Shown: in pieces, positions 49,004 to 62,779 of the stretch
How the letters are laid out: each line of letters opens with the position of its first letter
How positions within the stretch are numbered: the stretch's first letter is position 1
DNA from: Camelus ferus
Lineage: Eukaryota
Reading direction: 5' to 3'
Length of the DNA stretch: 64,000 nucleotides
NCBI RefSeq assembly: GCF_009834535.1
Contig: NC_045708.1
Location: forward strand, 51,584,001-51,648,000
Translations under genes and position numbers: made by a program
Notes under the pieces: model-generated
What the model saw: only the letters and a program-made list of their open reading frames with translations
The model's database searches: none
What the model was told of the DNA's origin: nothing

Positions 49004-49151
49004 NNNNNNNNNNNNNNNNNNNNNNNNNNNNNNNNNNNNNNNNNNNNNNNNNNNNNNNNNNNNNNNNNNNNNNNNNNNNNNNNNNNNNNNNNNNNNNNNN
49101 NNNNNNNNNNNNNNNNNNNNNNNNNNNNNNNNNNNNNNNNNNNNNNNNNNN
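49004..49151. other. Assembly gap (148 N)
   Basis: Run of N. Confidence 1.
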
Positions 49152-49245
49152 CACCCTCCTATTTTCTGGTGTTTGCTGGTAATCTGTCGTGTTCCTTGTT
49201 TTGTAGAAGCATTACTCAGATCTCTGCCTTCATCTTCACATCCTC

Positions 49246-49293
<48 letters not shown>

Positions 49294-49478
49294 TGTGTCT
49301 GTGTCCAAGTTTCCTCTTTTATAGGACAACACTCATATAGGAATACAGCCACCCTAATACTTTATCTTAACAATTAAATATGCAACAACCCTATTTCCAA
49401 ATAAGGTCACATTTTGAAGTACTGCAGGTTAGCATTTAAACATATGAATTTTGAGGGGATATAATTCAACCTATAACA
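49152..49478 (-). mobile_element. MLT1 (MaLR) LTR containing (TG)22 at 49248-49291
   Basis: ccctatttccaaataaggtcacatt...ggggatataattcaacctataaca is the reverse complement of an MLT1 5' end. Confidence 0.85.
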
Positions 49479-52400
49479 AACAGGACTGAAGACCTGTAAG
49501 AAGGTGTAAATGTCTGGGTAAATAGAATAGACTATAATATTTTTTCTTTTTCATTTCCTTGAGATAACTGAATGCTTAAGTGAAAGATAACAGCAGTTTC
49601 TTCTGAAGTTTATAGTATTTATAGATATAAAATATATGACAATTGAACGTTGAATGAGAATGAAAAATGGTAGTTTTAGTGTTGTAAGTTGTGTTTTTTA
49701 TATATGTTGTGTTAACTGTACAATTTTAACTTTAGGAAGATTTGAGAAGTCAAAGATACATATTGGAATACATAGAATAGCTGAAAATGAAAAACTCATT
49801 TATCATCAAGTTAATGATAATTAAAATAGGATACTCAAAAATATTCATTTTATTGAATAGAAGGAAAAAAAGAAGGAACAAGGAGGAAACAAATATGGAA
49901 CAAAAAATATACATAGGAAGATTTTATAATTAAAGCAAACAATATAAAATTTACATTAAATATACTGAGTTAAGCATTTTCATCAAAAACTAGAGATTGT
50001 CAAACTTGATAAAGATGCATTATCCAACTATATAACTATATGTTAAAAGATTTCATTATCAAAACCTTCCTAAAAATAACACTTCAGCCTCAGAAGGTAT
50101 TCTTGTGAATTCTATTAACTATTTAAGGAGGAATAAATAGCAATATTCACAACTGATTTTGGAAGATAGAAGAGTATGAAATAATTCCCAATTGATTTAT
50201 AAGGCCAGCATATCTTTGATGCCAAAACCTAGCAAAAACATTTTAAGGAAAGCAAAATAAAGACCAGTATCCTTTATGAACATAGCAATGAACTTTCTTA
50301 ACATGTATTAGCTATTCAAATTGAAAAACCAGCAAAAATATATCCTGAAGAAGTTGGTTTTATCACAGTTATGCAGCTTTGGCTTGACATTTGAGTATCA
50401 ACAAACCTAATTCACCACATTAACAGGAGAAACTCTCCCAAATAGGATCATCTCACCAACTGCCTAAAAAAAATGGGCAAAACCAACAATAACAACATGC
50501 TTGATAGCGTTATGAAGAGGAATAAATGTGTATATATGTATAATCTATAAATCTATCTATATCTATATCAAATCTCCTGTGTAACACAGAGCCTGGCACA
50601 TAGAGGTGCTTCATTAATGTTAGCAGTTGCTGTTATTAAATGTTCTGAAGCAGTTTCTGATTATTCTTGTTTTAATTTGACTTTCAGAACAAAATCTTAT
50701 ATATTTAATCAAGGATCAGCTCTCAAAGGAGCTAATGAGAAGAGTGAGCTGCAGTTTGATTCCGAGCGGTGTTGAAGACAGCTTCTCTGATTCATGGATA
50801 CTGGCCCCCTAGCTTATGGGTAGGTAACAAGAGGAATCTGTGATTCAACTTCATCCTCACCGCAGCAGCCAATATTTTTACAGTGATTATTATGTGCTGG
50901 GCCAGAGAGCATAGAGAATGTGCTTAGCTCAGTGCCTGGCAAATTGTGTTAGCTGAATCTGAATTTACCTGTAGAGCCCTTAAATGATTAACTACTTAGG
51001 AGACATGAACTAAGGATAGAAAAAAAACAATTCAAGAAGTCAAAAAAGACAAGTAGGACAGACTCTAATTAACAAGAATTTGCAGAAGAGCAGAATGAAT
51101 GTTATATCTGTCTTCTATTTTACACTTAATAAGGCACTTTCATAAATAGTATCTCAGATCTTTATTTGTTAATACTAAACTGAATTTTTGAAAGCCTCCA
51201 ATATGCTAATGTGTATTATGAATCTCCAAGAGCTGATATACAATTAATCATTTCCCATACTTTTCCACCCAAACATTATTAATTTCCTAAAGGACAGGAG
51301 TGCCACGGAGTATAGTTTAGGAAGTGTTGCTCTGAAAAGTTATGAGGTCTTTAGGTGTATGGTCTGTGTTTCCATTAAATCTGACTCTTCAGAACCAAGC
51401 ACAAAATCTGTCATTCTATAAATTTTTTTAATTACTTTTTCCATTTATTATTATTCTTGTTTTACAGATGAAAAGTAGATGCTCAGAGAAGATAAGTGAT
51501 TTACCAAATCAAACAGTCAGTGACAGAGATGGGACTTAATTCTTACTTGCAATCTTCTGCTGTGTGAATGCAGACAGTTAGACTTCACGCTGGAGGTAGA
51601 CAGAGGAATTCATAAGGCAGAAATGGTGTCAAATTGGGAGTTGACAAGTATATGATCATGTGCATTACTACTCCCTGGCAGGGTGATTTAGAGCAGATTA
51701 TGTAATCTTTCTGGGTTTCATATGCTTCCTTTGCTATGAAGTAGAGGAGCAATTAGATAACTGATTTTTGAAATACCCAATAACTCTAAAATGCTCTAAC
51801 CTGATCTGAGTTTGAAGGAAGGACAGACTGTAAATGGATGAAGAAGATGGACAAGATCTAGAGAGCAACTTGACACTTCACAGTTAATACCTACTGGCAG
51901 ACTCTCCCTAAAATGGAGTACCATCTCTTGTCATCTTGTTTTATTAATATTACTTTAAAAATCTGTTAATGAATACTATTATTAATAATAATTACATAAG
52001 TTAGAAGAGGGTTTTCCTTTTTAATAATTGTTTTCTCATTTACTTTTCCATCTAATCCTTTGCTTATTATGAGCCAGACAGTAAGGCAGATGTGTATGGC
52101 TGTATCCCAATCGTTAGGACAAATGGGGGTTTTTGTATAAGGTCCCCCAGTAAGCAAAGTGCAGAACCCCGGTCTGCTGACTTCTAGCCGTAAGCTCCTT
52201 TTTCAAGACTGCTTTTTCCTTTCTCTCTCTCTCTCACTAATATTTTAAAATATTTTTTCTTCCAGATTTAGATTTCTCACCTTTAATTCTGCTCAGGGAT
52301 CATAATCTCTGTATAACTGGAGCCAGAGCGTATTGTTTCCCTCCAGCCCTGGGGCTTTCTTCTTTACCTGTGGATGATTAAAACCTCTCTCTGCTTGTGG

Positions 52401-52769
52401 GGATGGTCCTTGTAACATTACTGTAAACACAAACTTTGAATCTCCTGTTATGAAAATGCCTAAAACCTCAACTCATAGGCAAAGATATTATACCTTGAAA
52501 CCATACTAGAGATTTAATAATTCACTCTCTAAATGCAGTTTTCATGCATGTTATTTTTATCTCTTCACAACAGAGTAAAGACTAAGAAAGTATTTTCGGT
52601 TACAGATTTGTCAGGTGCCTAAGGGTGAAGATGGTGTTGATAGAAGAATGTAACTCCCAAACATCTCCTAGATTAATTACCAAAAGAATGTGAAATAATT
52701 CTTAAATGATGTATCTTAAGTGAATAAAATCATGCTTTTTATGCAGTAACATTTATTCTTTCACAAAAC

Positions 52770-54020
52770 ATTAGTTGAGTACCATCTTCTGCCAGACTTT
52801 GTATTAGGTTCTTGTTGATTTAAAGATAAGCAAGACCAAAAGAATAAAAACAGAAAAAAAAAAAAATCCTCAACCTCAAAGTCTCCATAGTCTCGTAAGA
52901 AGAAGAGAGAAAAGACAAAGTTTCATATGATTTCATATTGTTGGATTCCAAGTGAAAATACCATCTGCAGGCAGAAGATGCTCTGGCAGCAAAAGAAGGC
53001 TGCCCCTGAATATCAGGGTCAGTTTAGAGAAGAAGTCATGCTTGAGTTGAAATCTAAAGGATGGATGCGAAGCCACCAGCAGCTGGGTGGGAAGATGATA
53101 ATTCTATAAGGCATAAGTTTTAGCATATTGAAGAGCATATCACTTTATGGGAAATGGATGTGCTTTATTGTGGCTAGACTACTGATTGCATGGAAAAGTA
53201 GTACTTACCAAATAAAGATAGAAGTAAAATAAACCATAAAGGGCAATGCATGACAATTTAAGAAATTAAGGGTTTATCAGATATTTAAGAAAGATCGCTC
53301 TGGTTATGATGTGAAAAGAGTTGTCAAGAATGGATTTTAAAGGGTGAAAAAAGGATTTTCAAAGGTAGTTACCTTGAAAAGGAAAACTTGGGAGAACAGA
53401 GGCTCTTTTTGAGACATGATATTAAATATCCAAATCAGAGTATAGAAACTTGGATACACAAGTCTGGAATTTAAGGGACATTCATAGGCTGAAATTGTAA
53501 ATTTTAATTTCATCAGCACATAAGTGAGATTTAAAACCAAGAACTAGTGAAATCACCTACAGGAAAATATAGATAGAAATATGTCCCAGTACTTTAGCTG
53601 GGGATATGTAAGAGAGATATTTGGAGAAAATAATTGCTGTTAGAGAAGACTGGGCCTCTTCTATTCACTTCTCTTCCTCTTTGTAATCCAGGAAGGAATC
53701 TGGAGCTAGAACATGATAACATCTTGTCTAAATCTTGCAAACATCCTTCTATAAGAGTGAAGGCATTACTCAAATGTGGGGACATTGTTTTTTGGTTTGG
53801 ATATGGCAAAGCAGATAAAATGCTAGCTACCTGTGATGTGGACTGTTGTTCCTCTTCCTCTTCCACCCGGGCACCTTGAGTGGTCCATGAAGGGTCTACT
53901 CCTTCAGGATCAGGATGAGCCACCTGTCTCTCTCCTTTTAGGTGGGTGTTCTCTCTTCTCATATGACTGTGAGATGAAGGACTACTTCCTTCACCTGGGA
54001 AACCTGAGCCAAGTAGCTTA
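52770..54020 (-). mobile_element. Long L2 fragment
   Basis: From cattagttgagtaccatcttctgccag through ggctgaaattgtaaatttaatttcatcagcacataag. It accounts for the ORFs at 52927-54025. Confidence 0.75.
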
Positions 54021-56189
54021 GACACTCTCTGTTTAATGAATTAAATTTTGTTGATGCAGAGAAATTAATATACTGGACCATATCTGATATGGAAAGAAAT
54101 CTTCATAAGACTACAAATGGAATACTACATTACTAAATGTTTTTCTATGACTGTGATTTTTCATGCCAGTGTTATCAGACATCTCTCCTTCAATCTTTTC
54201 CTAGTTTCTCTAGGATAAGGGAGCTAGCAGGCAATTTCTGAAGACATGAATCTGTGTATAAGAGTACATTTCTGATTCATCATGTATTAATTGCCTGTGT
54301 TAGGGAAGTCTGTTTTGTCTAGCTTGGCTCCCACTCACTACTCTCAACTGATCGCTATGACCAATTGGAAGCAAATGGAGTATGTCTGATTGACCAACCC
54401 GTGAAGGATGCATGGTTCATATCGTGACTGAAAGCTCTTCTGGGGGAGACGTGGAGACAGAATGGGCTTTTATCACATGAAAGCAGAAAGACAGTCATAA
54501 CAATAGATGTTTTCTTTAAAATGAGCCAGGAATGGAGTAATATTGATTTATGCCTCTTCTGGGTGCTGGCAACATCATTGCTTTGCTAGTCTTTTGTTTC
54601 ATGGCTTAATCAAGCAGGAACTACCTAGTCTGCTCAAGTTATAAAGAATTCCAAAAGTTGCAAGATTGTTCACTTACATGAACTATGCTTTTTCTGACCT
54701 TTCCCAGGGAAAAAGCATGTTAGCAGGCATAAAACAAATACATGTAGAGTACAAAGCACTCATCCACTTAAACCTCCCCAATGTCTGTGTTTGTAGAGAT
54801 AATAATGGAAATCTTCTCAGCATTCCTGCACTTAGTGTTGTTATAATTTTACAGATGAAGTTAAAATTCAGAGAGTATTTGATACTCACCAACTGTTAGG
54901 GAATAAGTAGCAAAACTATAAAACTCAAAACAACAGTCTCCCCAAGGCTTCACAAATAGGTATAGGAGAAAATGAGATTTCAACATGTTAATCAGTACAA
55001 ACACAATCATGGAAGACTTTCTGGGTAATATTCTTTAAATTATTAATGAATTTGGGCACACTCAATAAAGCCTTCACTAGCTCCATAATCCTTTTTGAGA
55101 CCCACTCTCTGACATTTTTTCTTCTCTTTCAATCTGTTTCAAGTTAGCAAGTAAATTTTGCAAAGTGGAGATGCCTGCGTCCTTGAGCCCATTCACTCCT
55201 GGCCCAGAATCTTCACTTGCTTTCTGCTGAGTGAAAAGAAACAGAATCAAAACAATTTTTTTTTCCGTCTTGATCACACCCCGGCTAGAGAAGTCTTCAT
55301 AGACTAAAAGCTTATACTCACTTATAAGGGTAGACCAACAACCAATGTTAACTGAGAGGGTATTATGGAAACACAGTAAAAATGAAACCAGAAGCGGTTT
55401 AATCTTGTAAAATATATACATATATTTACTGTCACTCAAAGAATTTGGTTTATTTGATAGCTTGGACAGATAGTTATGTACTCTGCGCTCTACATTTGAA
55501 TTTAACATAAAATCAATTTAAAATATTCCCGATTACATCACAGCTGACAACGTGAATACTGAGTGAGATTACTGCTGTATGGCAAAGCATTCTGCTGGTT
55601 TACTTTACATAAAATGATACTCATATGAGTCCCCGCAACGTCAAATATATCAACTTTTTATCAAAAGGCCAGTTTGGAAGACTTCTACTTTCAAATTACA
55701 CCTCTTCTCCAAAAAGGCCAATAGAATTACAGTAAATCCAGGAAATATTACAGGTGCTGTAATTCAAAACATTAAAGGGTAGAAAAGAAACATCTTTCTC
55801 TCAAATAATAATGCCTTACATTTAGATGAAGCTTTGCCATTTTTGACTTGCTTTGACACGAATAATCTCATTTGAGTTTCCTTTAATAGACACTTTATTT
55901 TGTAGATGAGGAAACTGAATCAGCTGCTTAAAATTATACAACTAGGATGAGGTGAGATTTGATGTCTGTTCTGCTTCTTAGCTTAGGGATCTTCTGCTAC
56001 ACCGAATTCTGTCTAGTATTTTCAGAGTATGATGCTGCAAATTATACATTTTGTGACAGATTAAGATGACAATTCACTGTCAGAACTAAATTTTTATGAA
56101 AGTTACTTCATTATTCAAAGCCCAAAGTTTACTTTTTTCCTATTGCAATAATAGGGTTTAAAAGTTCCACTTTTGTTGTCTTTCTCCTC

Positions 56190-56325
56190 TTAGAAGAGGG
56201 TGGAAGGAAAGAGAAGAATACAATAAATAAAGAAAGGCAAGAACGGTTAAAGAAGAAAGGAAAGACGGAAGAAGAAAAGAGAAAAGAAAAGAAAAAAGGG
56301 AGGAAGGAAAGAAGGAAGGAAGGAA
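56190..56325. repeat. GA-rich simple repeat
   Basis: gaaa, gaagg and gaaaa units. Confidence 0.8.
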
Positions 56326-56566
56326 TTGTGAAATTGTTCAGATTTATCATTTCATCAATATTAAATATAAATTACCCTGAAGATGAAAAGTCTATCTTTT
56401 TCCACCATGTAAGACAGAAGACACTAATCCACAGCTTTTTCATGATCCCTGGAAGCAACCTGCAAGCCCTTGGGCAGGCTCTTTCTAAGCACCAATTTCC
56501 TCGTATCACCTAAGAATTATTTTCAGACAAAATCGAAGTACTTTATTTCATTATTTATAGGTTTAA

Positions 56567-56700
56567 AAAATACTACAGGTATGACATGCAGATAAATGTT
56601 CTCCTCCAGCTCACTAATTCTACAATAAAAGCCAAAATACTACAGGTATGACATGCAGATAAATGTTCTCCTCCAGCTCACTAATTCTACAATAAAAGCC
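56567..56700 (+). repeat. Perfect 67-bp tandem duplication (56567-56633 and 56634-56700)
   Basis: Two identical copies of aaaatactacaggtatgac...ctacaataaaagcc. Confidence 0.97.
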
Positions 56701-58099
56701 TTGTGATTCTATTAGCAAAACATTCCCAAGCTGGTGGATAGAGTTCTTGGGGAATAGTACAGATGCTTGCTTATCAAATTGATCTTTCTTAAAAATTAAG
56801 AAGCTGTTGAAGCACAATAATTATTTAACGTGCATCACTACTTCACTGGAAAGAGAGGGAGCGTCTCTAGACTTTTCCATTAGGTATTAGTTTAAGTTTG
56901 AGGAAACCGTATGTTAAAAAGTAAGTTTCCCCCATGTAGCGCAATATGGCTGTGAAATGATCACTGCAGCATTTTGAAATTATGGAATTTGTAACACAGA
57001 GACCTAATTCATTTTTTTTATAACTTGAAACTTTTGTCCTATGAAATTTGCATCACAGAGCTACAGCCCTGTTTTCTTAGGCACAATATAGTATCATTAA
57101 AAAAAGGGGGGGAAAAACCCCACAGAGTTAAAAGAGTTGGATTATGGTCTGAGTCTTTATTTAGCATGTTGTTTAAAATATTCTATGTATGAGAAAGTGT
57201 GGTTTCCAATTATTAAATGAACTTTCATGGTCCAGGGTTATGCAGACATAATTGAAGGTGGGAGAATGATCACAGACTAAGAAACAAACAAACAAAAAAC
57301 AATGTTCAGGTAAGGACCATTTTTTCAGGAAACATTTATTTATTTTTTTCATTCATCAGCTACGTATGAAGCTCTTACTCCATCGAAAGCACTGTGCTTG
57401 ATGTCTCCAGCACCTGGCGACCCCCATCCCCCCTGTAGGCTGGTCACATGCAATGGGAAGAGCTGTGGCTTCACAACCTGAAGACCAGAAATTGATTCTC
57501 TCTTCTGCCCTTTATTAGCCAGGTAGGTAATCATGCATAAATTACTTAATCACTCCTGAGACTTTTTTTAATCTGCAAAGTAGAAGTATAACAGATACAA
57601 TCAGGAGTTCGTGAAAATTAATTGAGATACTGTCTGTAAATATCCGGCTGCTCATCTGATTCAGAACGCAGCAGTCCTTGACTTCTTTGTGCTGAAACGG
57701 GTGAAACTGAGAATAATTACATGCTGCTAAAATTCATTTCATTTGACTTTTCCTCTACCAGATAATGAGTTTCTTAGGTGATCAAAGGGTACAGATCTGT
57801 AAGTGGATGTAGGATTTTTGAGGAAACCTGAATAATTTTAATGTGCATATTAATCAAATAAAGCTGGAGACCTGGGTGAGCGGAATCATAGAAATAGTTT
57901 ATGTAAAGGTATGTGCTGAAATAATTTAGAATCTCGAAGTTTTGCTTTACAAGGATAAATGAATTTAAATGACCAAATTATTTGTGTAAAATACTTTATT
58001 GTTAAACGTACCATGGATTTGGAAAGTTTTAAAACATGTATTAAAATTTAAAGACTATTAACTAAAAGACCCACAACCCAAGTTAAGAGAGAACATGGC

Positions 58100-60000
58100 T
58101 AGTATTTTAGAAGCTTCACCTATGCCCTCTGTGTGCCCCTCCTCAGTCACACTAGCTCCATTCACCTCAAGAGCCACATATACAGTTAGCTCCAAAGAAT
58201 AGGTAATTAAGGTCTATTTTTTAAAATTTTTAATATGGCATTGTACTGTGTGTGGTTCTGTGCTATATTCCTCTCAACATCGTGTTTTGGGGAATTAGAT
58301 TAACCCCGTGCATAGCTATAGTTAATTTATTTTCACTACCGAATACTATTATACTGTACAAAATTATCACAATTGTTAACCTGTTCCACAATTGATCAGT
58401 ATTTGAAATGTTGAAACTTATTTTCATTACGAGCATTGCTGCCTTGTAACTTACCTTCTTCTGAACTTGTACAAGATTTTGCCTAGTGTGGATACTTAGG
58501 AGTGGAACCACACCTGTTAACTTAGTGATACACTGGCAAGCTGTCTTCCAAAGCGTTTGCAACAGTTTTCAGCTCATGAGCAGTGGATGACTGTTCTCAT
58601 TGCTCCACCCTCCTGCCAACACAGAGTGTTACAGAGCAATGCGTTGCTGAGATGTCAGGATATCCGTGTATACTTCTGGGCTTGCTAATGAGCTTAAGCA
58701 TCTTTTCTTGTATTCAAAGGTCATTCATATACCTCTTCTATGAGATGTCTGTTCATGCTTTTTGTTCAAGTTTAATTAGTTGTTTCTTTTTTTTCTTGTT
58801 GATTGATTGGTAAGATAATAATCCTTTATTGCTTATATATGTGGGAGAATTTTTTTCAGTTCTTAGCTTGTTTTTTGTGGTCTTATGGTGTTCCTGACTG
58901 ATCAGAAGTTGTTCATTTTAATCTAATAATAGATTTTCTGAATCTTTCATTTTATGGTTTGCATTTTCTGGTTTTTTTAATAAATTTTTTCCTGCCCTAA
59001 GGGCACAAAATATTCTGTAATAATTATAGCGGTTTTAATTCCCATTTAAATCTTTATTCTATCTGAAATTGATTCTTGAATGATGTAGAGAGTCAATTTG
59101 ACATATTTTCCCCCAAGTGGATAAACTGATTTAAAACCATTTATTTCCATTGATCTGTGCTAACAACTAAGTCATAAATTAAATTAAGTTTTCATATACA
59201 GATATGACCATTAAGGAACTTTCTATTCTGTTCCACTTTCTAGAATTTTATCTTTAAGCCAATACTATACTATTAAAATAATTCTAGCTCATAGTAATTT
59301 TGTTATAGTAAAGAAAATCTTCAGGGCTATTTTTGACCCTTTATGCCACCAAATAATTAAAAAACCCAGTTATAAAATTTCACAAAAATCCTGTGGGAAT
59401 ATGGATTAGAATTGTTCTGGGGAGAAGTGTTATTTTTATTATGGTGAATCCATCTAAAGACATGGACACCTCTCCAGAGTTAGGCTTTCTATAACATCTT
59501 CAGATAAATGTTACAATCTTTTTCATGAAACTCTTAAAAATTGTTTATTCCTAGATATTATGTTTTTCCTTCTTATATATAGTAAATGGTTTATTGAAAA
59601 TTACATCTTCTAATCAATCACTGCTTTTATGTTGCATATTGGTTTGATATGCATTATCCTTTATTTATCATTATTAATTCTAATATTTTTGTCTGTGGAT
59701 TCACTAATTGTAATTTGTAATGTCTGCAATATTGATTTTTCGTTTTGCTTTTTAATCACTATACTTTTGTTTCTTTTAATTTATTTTTTAAACTGTCCTG
59801 ACTGGGACCTTCAGTGCAATCTTAAGGAGAACTAGTGAAAATGTGAGAGTAAGGCATCCTTGATTTGCCCCTGATATTAAAGAGAATGATTTTAACATTT
59901 TATCTTTAAATATAGTATGTGCTCTAAATGTTTTTGTGGGTCTCCTATATTGGCTTAACAAAGTTCCTTTTTTTTTTTTTAATCTGTTAGTTTTTAGGTC
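58100..60000 (-). mobile_element. Old L1 (L1M) 3' and ORF2 fragment
   Basis: gcctagtgtggatacttaggagtggaacc...ccaaagcgtttgcaacagttttc...tgagatgtctgttcatgc. Boundaries approximate. Confidence 0.75.
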
Positions 60001-60019
60001 TTGAATGGATATTTTTAAA

Positions 60020-60400
60020 TGACTAGTCCCTACAAATGGTCAGAACCAAAGCCTTACATGATCAGGCTCACCATTAATCTCTTCTGTCTCATTTCCTATC
60101 TTACTCTCGCCTACAACTCCAGGCACAACAAACCTTGTTTTACCCCTGCAACACTCCAGACATGCTTCTACTTCAAAGCTTTTGTTTACTGAATCCTCTA
60201 CTCTTTTCCCAAAATATCTACATGGGTAAAACCGCCCTCCTTCAGTTTTGAGTTATTACTAGAAAGCCCCCTTCAAAGTAATGCATTCCCCGGATACCCG
60301 ACCTAGCACTGCAGTTCTCACCCTCACCCATCTGACATGCCTTGTCTTCCTTCCTCACTTTATCTTTGCTGTTAGGATGTGCTGGTAGTATGCTGTGCAT
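60020..60400 (+). mobile_element. L2 3' fragment
   Basis: aaagccttacatgatcaggc...ctccagacatgcttctacttcaaagc. Confidence 0.65.
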
Positions 60401-61187
60401 TTTTTTATCTTGTTATTATCTTATTAAGGGAAATTTTCCTCTTAAATATGCATCTCTGCTTTCACAAATAAATCAGCTGAGAAATTACTTCAGAGGCAAG
60501 TAGACTTGATTTTATCTCTTCTGTTAATGCCCATTATCATCCGAGGTAAGCTCTCTGGGTGTTCTTTGTCAAAAGGGAGAAGTACTTCAAGAAACTTTCA
60601 GCAACATCCAGATATCTAGGATTACTTATCTGTGGAACTTCACAGCAAGATTTTCTGATCATGTTTTCTCCTATGAGGCACAAAGCCTGAATCATGGTTT
60701 TAATTTTTTTTGACATTTCAGCTATGAGATGACTCTAAATTATAAAAGAATGTAGGAATAGAGTTTCTTTCCTAGTTAAAAAGTGATATGATACATAGAA
60801 TAGCAAAAAGTTATTTTTTAACATGATCAGAACCATGTTTCTATGGCTACTAGGATTCTTGAACAAAGAGACAAAACAGGCAGATTCCTGAATGGTATGG
60901 TCTCAGTGTATTTGGTTTTCTTTTGGGTATCTTAAAGATGATAACAGTTGTCTTTTTCTTAAAATGGAGAAAGGGCATTGAATTTTCATTTATTTGTGGT
61001 GTAGTTATATTGTGGTTGACAAAAGCACACATACTGGCTTTGTGTGGCCATTAGGTTGCTGTTGGTAGTTTTACTACAAGAGAAAGACTGGCCAAATATT
61101 AAGCAGACAACAGGAAGACTGTGGCAATACTGCGTATTGGCTTGTGAACTTTCTTCCAACCCACTCCACTTGCTAAAGACTTCTCAG

Positions 61188-61339
61188 CACGGCCAAGACT
61201 AGAGTGAGACATGTGAGGTGCCCAGTCCCCCAGATTTAAGGCCGCTCACCTTAAGGCTTGTGCTGGCACCTGGGAATGAGTGCCTCCTTGAGCTTGGTGC
61301 CCTAGGTGTCTCTCTTGCTTCACTCTAGTCTCAATCCTG
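61188..61339. mobile_element. MER53-like palindromic hAT MITE
   Basis: Inverted arms gactagagtgagaca...cttcactctagtc. Degraded 8-bp TSD cttctcag / cctctcaa. Confidence 0.8.
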
Positions 61340-62779
61340 CCTCTCAAACTCCCCGACAGCTCGGTTCCACATGTGACCCAGCTTCTGATAAACCAATATG
61401 TACCCTTAGGAGATGTGATACAGAGCCCCCTCCTGAAAATCTTCTGTTGCTACTGGCAAGCAAGGATGAGGAGGAGTTTGGATTTTCTTTATTAGCTTTA
61501 TCAGAGGTTCAGTAAATGCTTCCCATGTTTGCAGGAATTTAGAGAGAGAATGCAAGGAACCTATAGAACATCTGTTTTACTGGCGTGAAACATAGCTGCA
61601 ATAATGTGCTCCTGAAGCTGGTAGTTGGGGTGGTGTCTTATTTAGCCCATATGTAGAGCTGAGGTGGTAGGGCCTTAGAGCTGAGAGTTTGGTAAGAACA
61701 TCTTGACCCCCAGACTTCAGCGAAGCTGGACTCATCCTGGAGCAAGGAGTTAGAGAAGCAGCTCCCTGACTCCTCAGCTTCCTGCTTGGAAGGCAGCAGT
61801 TCCCTTAGTGACCATTCGATGATGGCGTTCTGGAAGTAATCTTAGGTGCTCAGCCTACAGCTGGGCCTCTAGCCCTTCCAACAATTGCCTTAGTACATCA
61901 TTTGTTTTCTGCTTGTCCGATACCTACAACAGACCCTTGGCTGACATAAGCAGAGAATAAATGTTTTATCTTAGAGGAGAAGAAAGATTGAAATGAGTTT
62001 TCCGGTATACACCAGGATTGACTATAAATAAAAGTTTACTCAGGGAATAGTTATTTATGTAAATTATTTATGTATGTGTACATATATAGATTTTTTTAAT
62101 CACTCACTGTGTTAAACGTATGGATACTAGTTTGAACTGATAAGGAAGGAATTCACTTTGAGTCATGCTGATAAATGAAGCAATAACTCTGTTTCAATCA
62201 TGCAATTAGCACTCTGCTCTAGAGTCCAAGAAATGGTAGCTACGAAAATCACAAAACTTATTCCCTAAAAAACCTGTAATTTTCTTTAAGAAAATAAAGA
62301 AATTGAAAATGATGGAAATAAGACTGTCCTCCCAGAAGGCAGGAAGGATCTATAAAGTCCAATATATCATGATCCAGAGCATTCATATTCAAAGTTATCT
62401 AATTGAATATAGTAATTATAAAGAAAGAGTCCATCAGTTGGAAGTGGTGAGGGGTTGGTCTGCCACAGACTAGGAAAAGAAGAGTCACAAAGGCAAGATG
62501 ATTCGCCTCACTGAAGCCCTGGCCATCACAGAGGGGCCTCAGGAAAGGGGTTGGTAGTACTTCTAGTTTCTGTCTCATTGGAAAGACCATTCTCATTATC
62601 ACATGAGCAGGTCAAATTACTTTAGCTTGATCCCATTGTACATGCAGTTCTTCCAAGGTTCATTATTGTATTTCCATGCCCACCAAGTAATATTCCAATG
62701 TTTAGAATGTTCACCTACTATCTGTTTTCTTGTAGTAGTTTTGCTTCTCACAAGAAACTATGATATTTGTATTCTTGGT

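Larger units (their letters stand above)
48700..50500 (+). mobile_element. Ancient L1 relic (ORF1 end, ORF2 fragments) interrupted by MLT1 and a gap
   Basis: ORF1-like SDKQKLR...LQEMLK near 48890-48950 and ORF2-like aaggccagcatatctttgatgccaaaacc (ASITLIPKP motif). Confidence 0.7.

Noticed and set aside
50688-50823. Exon-like segment with a good acceptor
   Set aside because: Stops in all three frames, ambiguous donor and no other support.
53594-54025. 143-aa and 81-aa ORFs
   Set aside because: They lie within a decayed L2.
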